DNA from: an uncultured Anaerolineae bacterium
GTDB lineage: Bacteria; Chloroflexota; Anaerolineae; JAAYZQ01
Direction of reading: 5' to 3'
Assembly (NCBI GenBank): GCA_965370895.1
Contig: CBDUWJ010000002.1
Coordinates: 1-33,570 of the forward strand
Length of the DNA stretch: 33,570 nt
Position 1 is the first letter of the stretch, and every line of letters starts with the position of its first letter. This document shows, piece after piece, positions 30,848 to 33,570 of this stretch. The notes beneath the pieces were generated by a model that was not told the DNA's origin, searched no databases, and saw only the letters and a list, made by a program, of their open reading frames with translations. Position numbers and translations under genes: made by a program.

Positions 30848-31549
30848 TTGAAGGTCGCTATCATCATTCCGGCCCGGAACGAGGAGATTCCTCTACCGGG
30901 TGTCATTGCCGAGATCCCGCCTGGGGCCGCAGACATGGTGATCGTGGTGGACAATGGGTCTACTGACCGCACCGCCCAAGTGGCACAGGAGGCCGGGGCC
31001 GTGGTCGTCAGCGCGCCAGACGCCGGATACGGTAACGCTTGCGCCGCGGGCATTGTTGCTGCGGGTGGGCGGGGCGCGGAGGTGTTCGTCTTTCTCGACG
31101 GCGACGGCAGCTTCGATCCGGCGCAGATCCCCGACCTGCTGGCCCCAATCGAGTCCGGGAAAGCTGACCTGGTGCTGGGTTCTAGACCAGCCGGTGGGAT
31201 GGAGCCAGGCGCCATGCCGCCCCATGCCCGCTTTGGCAATTGGCTGGTCGCGCGGCTAATGCGCATGCTGTATGGCCTGCGTGTCACCGATCTTGGGCCC
31301 TACCGCGCTGTCCGGAGAAGCCTGCTGGTTCGTCTGAGCATGCAAGAAATGACCTATGGCTGGCCTACGGAGATGATGGTCAAAGCAGCACGTCACGGCG
31401 CTCGCGTGGTTGAGGTGCCGGTGCGCTACCGGGTGCGGCGCGGTGGGCGCTCGAAGGTCAGTGGGACGGTGCGGGGTACGCTGCTGGCCACCTACTCCAT
31501 CCTGTTCGTAACCCTGCGCTACGCGCTGGGCTGGAAGGGGAAGGCTTGA
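30848..31549 (+). CDS. Family 2 glycosyltransferase, polyprenol-phosphate sugar synthase-like (Ppm1/DPM1/GtrB-like)
   Basis: The TTG start follows GAGGGG. The N-terminus is MKVAIIIPARNEEIPLPGVI. Further motifs are VVDNGSTDRT and FLDGDGS (DxD). The size is short at 233 aa, with a hydrophobic tail LLATYSILFVTL. Confidence 0.82.
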   Translation: MKVAIIIPARNEEIPLPGVIAEIPPGAADMVIVVDNGSTDRTAQVAQEAGAVVVSAPDAGYGNACAAGIVAAGGRGAEVFVFLDGDGSFDPAQIPDLLAPIESGKADLVLGSRPAGGMEPGAMPPHARFGNWLVARLMRMLYGLRVTDLGPYRAVRRSLLVRLSMQEMTYGWPTEMMVKAARHGARVVEVPVRYRVRRGGRSKVSGTVRGTLLATYSILFVTLRYALGWKGKA

Positions 31550-32541
31550 GGGCGATACCTGAGCCACTGCCGGGCGAACTCTACATCGAGGTGACCAATC
31601 GCTGCAACTCGCGGTGCCAAACCTGCGTGCGCACGTTTGACACGCTGGAGTCGCTCCGCGACCTGAGGCTGGACGAGTTCCGTGCCCTGGTGGATCAGGT
31701 GCCCATGCTGCAGCGGGCCGTCCTCCACGGCATAGGCGAGCCGCTCATGAACCGCGAGCTGCCGGCCATGGTCGCCTATCTCAAGCGCCGGGCCGGCCCG
31801 CCTGACGTGCTCTTTAACTCTAACGCCATCCTGCTCACATCGGAGAGACAGGATGAACTGCTAGACGCGGGGCTGGACGAATTCCGCGTCTCGACGGACG
31901 CCGCGCATCGGGAACGGTATGCCCGCATCCGGGGCATCGATGCTTTTGATCAAATGGTGGACAATGTGAGCGGCTTTTCGCATCGGATCCGGGAGGTGGG
32001 GCATGGACCCAGGCTGTCTCTGTGGTTCACCGCCCTGCACGAGAACTTGGGCGATCTGCCCGACCTGGTGCGGCTGGCCCACCGCCTGGGCGTGCACGAG
32101 GTGTACGTCCAGCGGCTGGTCCATTTTGGACAGGGGATGGCCAGGCAGGAGCAATCTCTCTTCCGGGCCATGCTAACCGCCGAGGAGGCGTTGTTGGAGG
32201 AGGCCGAGACGCTGGCCAAGGGCCTGGGCATCACGCTCCGTGCTTCTGGGGCTACCTCTCTCCAGGAGAGCTTGAGGTCACCCGACGGGAATCGCAGGCC
32301 CTGGTCCCAATGCCGCCGGCCCTGGACCCTGGCTTACGTAACCGCCAACGGCAATGTTCTTCCATGCTGCTTCTCGCCCTTTACCACCCACGACTACCCG
32401 GGCTTGATCCTGGGCAGCGTCTTTCAGACACCGTTGGACGAGATCTGGCATGGGGCGGCGTACCAGCGATTTCGGGCTGCGCATCAAACCGATAACCCAC
32501 CGGAAGCGTGTGACCGGTGTGGCGTGTGCTGGAGTTTGTGA
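31546..32541 (+). CDS. Radical SAM protein with a C-terminal SPASM/twitch domain
   Basis: The TTG start overlaps the GT2 stop (TTGA at 31546-31549). The radical SAM motif is EVTNRCNSRCQTC (CxxxCxxC), followed by LHGIGEPLMN. The C-terminal Cys-rich region is CRRPWTLAYVTANGNVLPCCFSP...LGSVFQTPLDEIWHG...PEACDRCGVCW. Confidence 0.85.
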   Translation: MRAIPEPLPGELYIEVTNRCNSRCQTCVRTFDTLESLRDLRLDEFRALVDQVPMLQRAVLHGIGEPLMNRELPAMVAYLKRRAGPPDVLFNSNAILLTSERQDELLDAGLDEFRVSTDAAHRERYARIRGIDAFDQMVDNVSGFSHRIREVGHGPRLSLWFTALHENLGDLPDLVRLAHRLGVHEVYVQRLVHFGQGMARQEQSLFRAMLTAEEALLEEAETLAKGLGITLRASGATSLQESLRSPDGNRRPWSQCRRPWTLAYVTANGNVLPCCFSPFTTHDYPGLILGSVFQTPLDEIWHGAAYQRFRAAHQTDNPPEACDRCGVCWSL

Positions 32542-32632
32542 ACAGGGTTAGGAAACCCGCTGCCAGTCGGATCGGCAAGGAGACAGGAGAAACTGCCCGT
32601 TAGCGGGTCAAGATTCAGAACGGAGGATGATT

Positions 32633-33570
32633 ATGCACAAAAGAACCATCAAGTGGGCATGGATTGGAATTGCACTGCTGTCTGCGGCGTTGTTGGTTGC
32701 CGCCTGTGGTGGATCGACCGAACCAACAGCATCCGCACCCACAGTTACGGCTCCTACCCAGCCACCACCGGAGCCAACGGCTACGACCGCAACGGGGACC
32801 GCACCGGCGACCGCAACGGCGGCACCTACGGAGTCAGCCGTGGAGGGCAATCTCTTCCCACCGGAGATGCCGTCGGCGGTGCGCGGCAAAGCGGTCTTTA
32901 CGGCCAACTGCGCGACCTGTCACGGCGAGGCTGGCGATGGCTCGGGCCTGGCAGGCGCAGCCAACTTTACCGATGTGGGCTTTATGCGGGGGGAGAAGCC
33001 AGCCGAATTCTTTGAAGCCATCCGTGATGGGGTGGAAGGCTCACCGATGCCCGCCTGGGATGGGACCCTCAGCGAGATGGACATGTGGGACGTGCTCTAC
33101 TACGAGTGGACCTTTGCCACCTCGCCGGAGGAGATCGCTCGGGGGCAGGGCTTGTTCGCTGAGAACTGCGTTGCCTGCCACGGGCAGGCCGGCGATGGTT
33201 CAGGTCTGCAAGGGGCGGCCAATTTCACCGACCTGGAGTTCATGAACAACGAAGACCCAGCCGAATTCTTCGAAAAGGTCACCGAGGGGGTGGAAGGCAC
33301 GGCTATGCCCGCTTGGGGACAGACCTTTACCGAGGACGAGATCTGGTCCCTGGTCAACTTTGTATGGACCTTTGCCTACGAGTACGGTGAGGTAGAGCCC
33401 ACGGAGGAGCCGGCCGCGGCGGCGGAAACCCCCACGGAACCACCACCGTCACCGACCGAAACCACGACTGCTGCGACCGCAACAATGGTTGCATCCGCAA
33501 CAACAGTTGCGGCCTCCACTTCCCCTCCGGACACGGCCGGACCCGATCCGGCCGTGGGACAACAGCTTTG
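32633..33570 (+). CDS. Lipoprotein multiheme c-type cytochrome with two class I domains in the window and Pro/Thr-rich linkers. It is partial because the 3' end runs off the right window edge.
   Basis: This ORF is absent from the track because it has no stop codon in the window. GGAGG lies upstream of the ATG at 32633. The signal peptide and lipobox are MHKRTIKWAWIGIALLSAALLVAAC. The first PT-rich linker is STEPTASAPTVTAPTQPPPEPTATTATGTAPATATAAPT. Two duplicated heme domains follow, one with CATCH...GSPMPAW and one with CVACH...GTAMPAW. A second PT-rich linker comes after them. Confidence 0.85.
   Translation, partial: MHKRTIKWAWIGIALLSAALLVAACGGSTEPTASAPTVTAPTQPPPEPTATTATGTAPATATAAPTESAVEGNLFPPEMPSAVRGKAVFTANCATCHGEAGDGSGLAGAANFTDVGFMRGEKPAEFFEAIRDGVEGSPMPAWDGTLSEMDMWDVLYYEWTFATSPEEIARGQGLFAENCVACHGQAGDGSGLQGAANFTDLEFMNNEDPAEFFEKVTEGVEGTAMPAWGQTFTEDEIWSLVNFVWTFAYEYGEVEPTEEPAAAAETPTEPPPSPTETTTAATATMVASATTVAASTSPPDTAGPDPAVGQQL

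Noticed and set aside
1-33570. CRISPR arrays, rRNA genes, transposases, integrases and IS inverted repeats.
   Set aside because: No spaced direct-repeat arrays, rRNA-like conserved segments or recognisable transposase or integrase motifs were seen on either strand. The only tandem repeats are the two short ones reported (14 nt x2 and 13 nt x2).

Overview
This is a high-GC (roughly 60-65%) bacterial chromosomal window with about 26 protein genes, one tRNA, and no rRNA, CRISPR array or recognisable mobile element. The gene style suggests a Chloroflexota-like monoderm: many GT-C membrane glycosyltransferases, YfhO, polyproline and Pro/Thr linkers, and frequent TTG/GTG starts. That taxonomic guess cannot be proven from the sequence alone.

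Layout from left to right:
- 1-1897 (-): an edge-truncated GT-C-like membrane glycosyltransferase with a TPR tail. It is missing from the ORF track because it has no stop codon inside the window.
- 2.6-3.3 kb: a decayed, frameshifted nucleotidyltransferase (MNT) plus Abi_C/HEPN-like pair.
- 3.7-7.2 kb (+): a small cupin-like protein coupled to a BcrAD/BadFG-type activase, an AhpD/CMD-family protein, and a ParB-like plus tandem-USP fusion.
- 7.5-13.1 kb (+): housekeeping genes, namely cysteine desulfurase, a YacL-like PIN/TRAM protein, a cytidylate-kinase-like protein, cysS and rlmB.
- 13.1-25.4 kb (-): tRNA-Tyr, a B12-binding radical SAM gene, and a monocistronic 12-TM protein whose histidine motifs look like a divergent heme-copper oxidase/NOR subunit I. 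These are followed by YfhO, two tandem GT39 paralogs, and a bicistron. The bicistron encodes a clan GH-A hydrolase and a duplicated beta-sandwich protein with extreme polyproline linkers.
- 25.7-30.2 kb (+): redox genes trxB, DUF1858, Fe-ADH and tungsten-type AOR.
- 30.8-33.6 kb (+): a Ppm-like GT2 translationally coupled to a radical SAM/SPASM protein, then an edge-truncated diheme cytochrome c lipoprotein with Pro/Thr-rich linkers (also missing from the ORF track).

Most interesting observations:
1. The two signal-peptide-less proteins of the bicistron share a C-terminal amphipathic-helix tag that sits behind a proline spacer.
2. The 12-TM protein is an orphan HCO-like protein in which one CuB histidine appears to be replaced by lysine.
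3. GT-C enzymes are unusually concentrated here, together with a Ppm-like GT2 and candidate Pro/Thr/Ser-rich substrates.

All family assignments come from motif recognition by eye. No searches were run.
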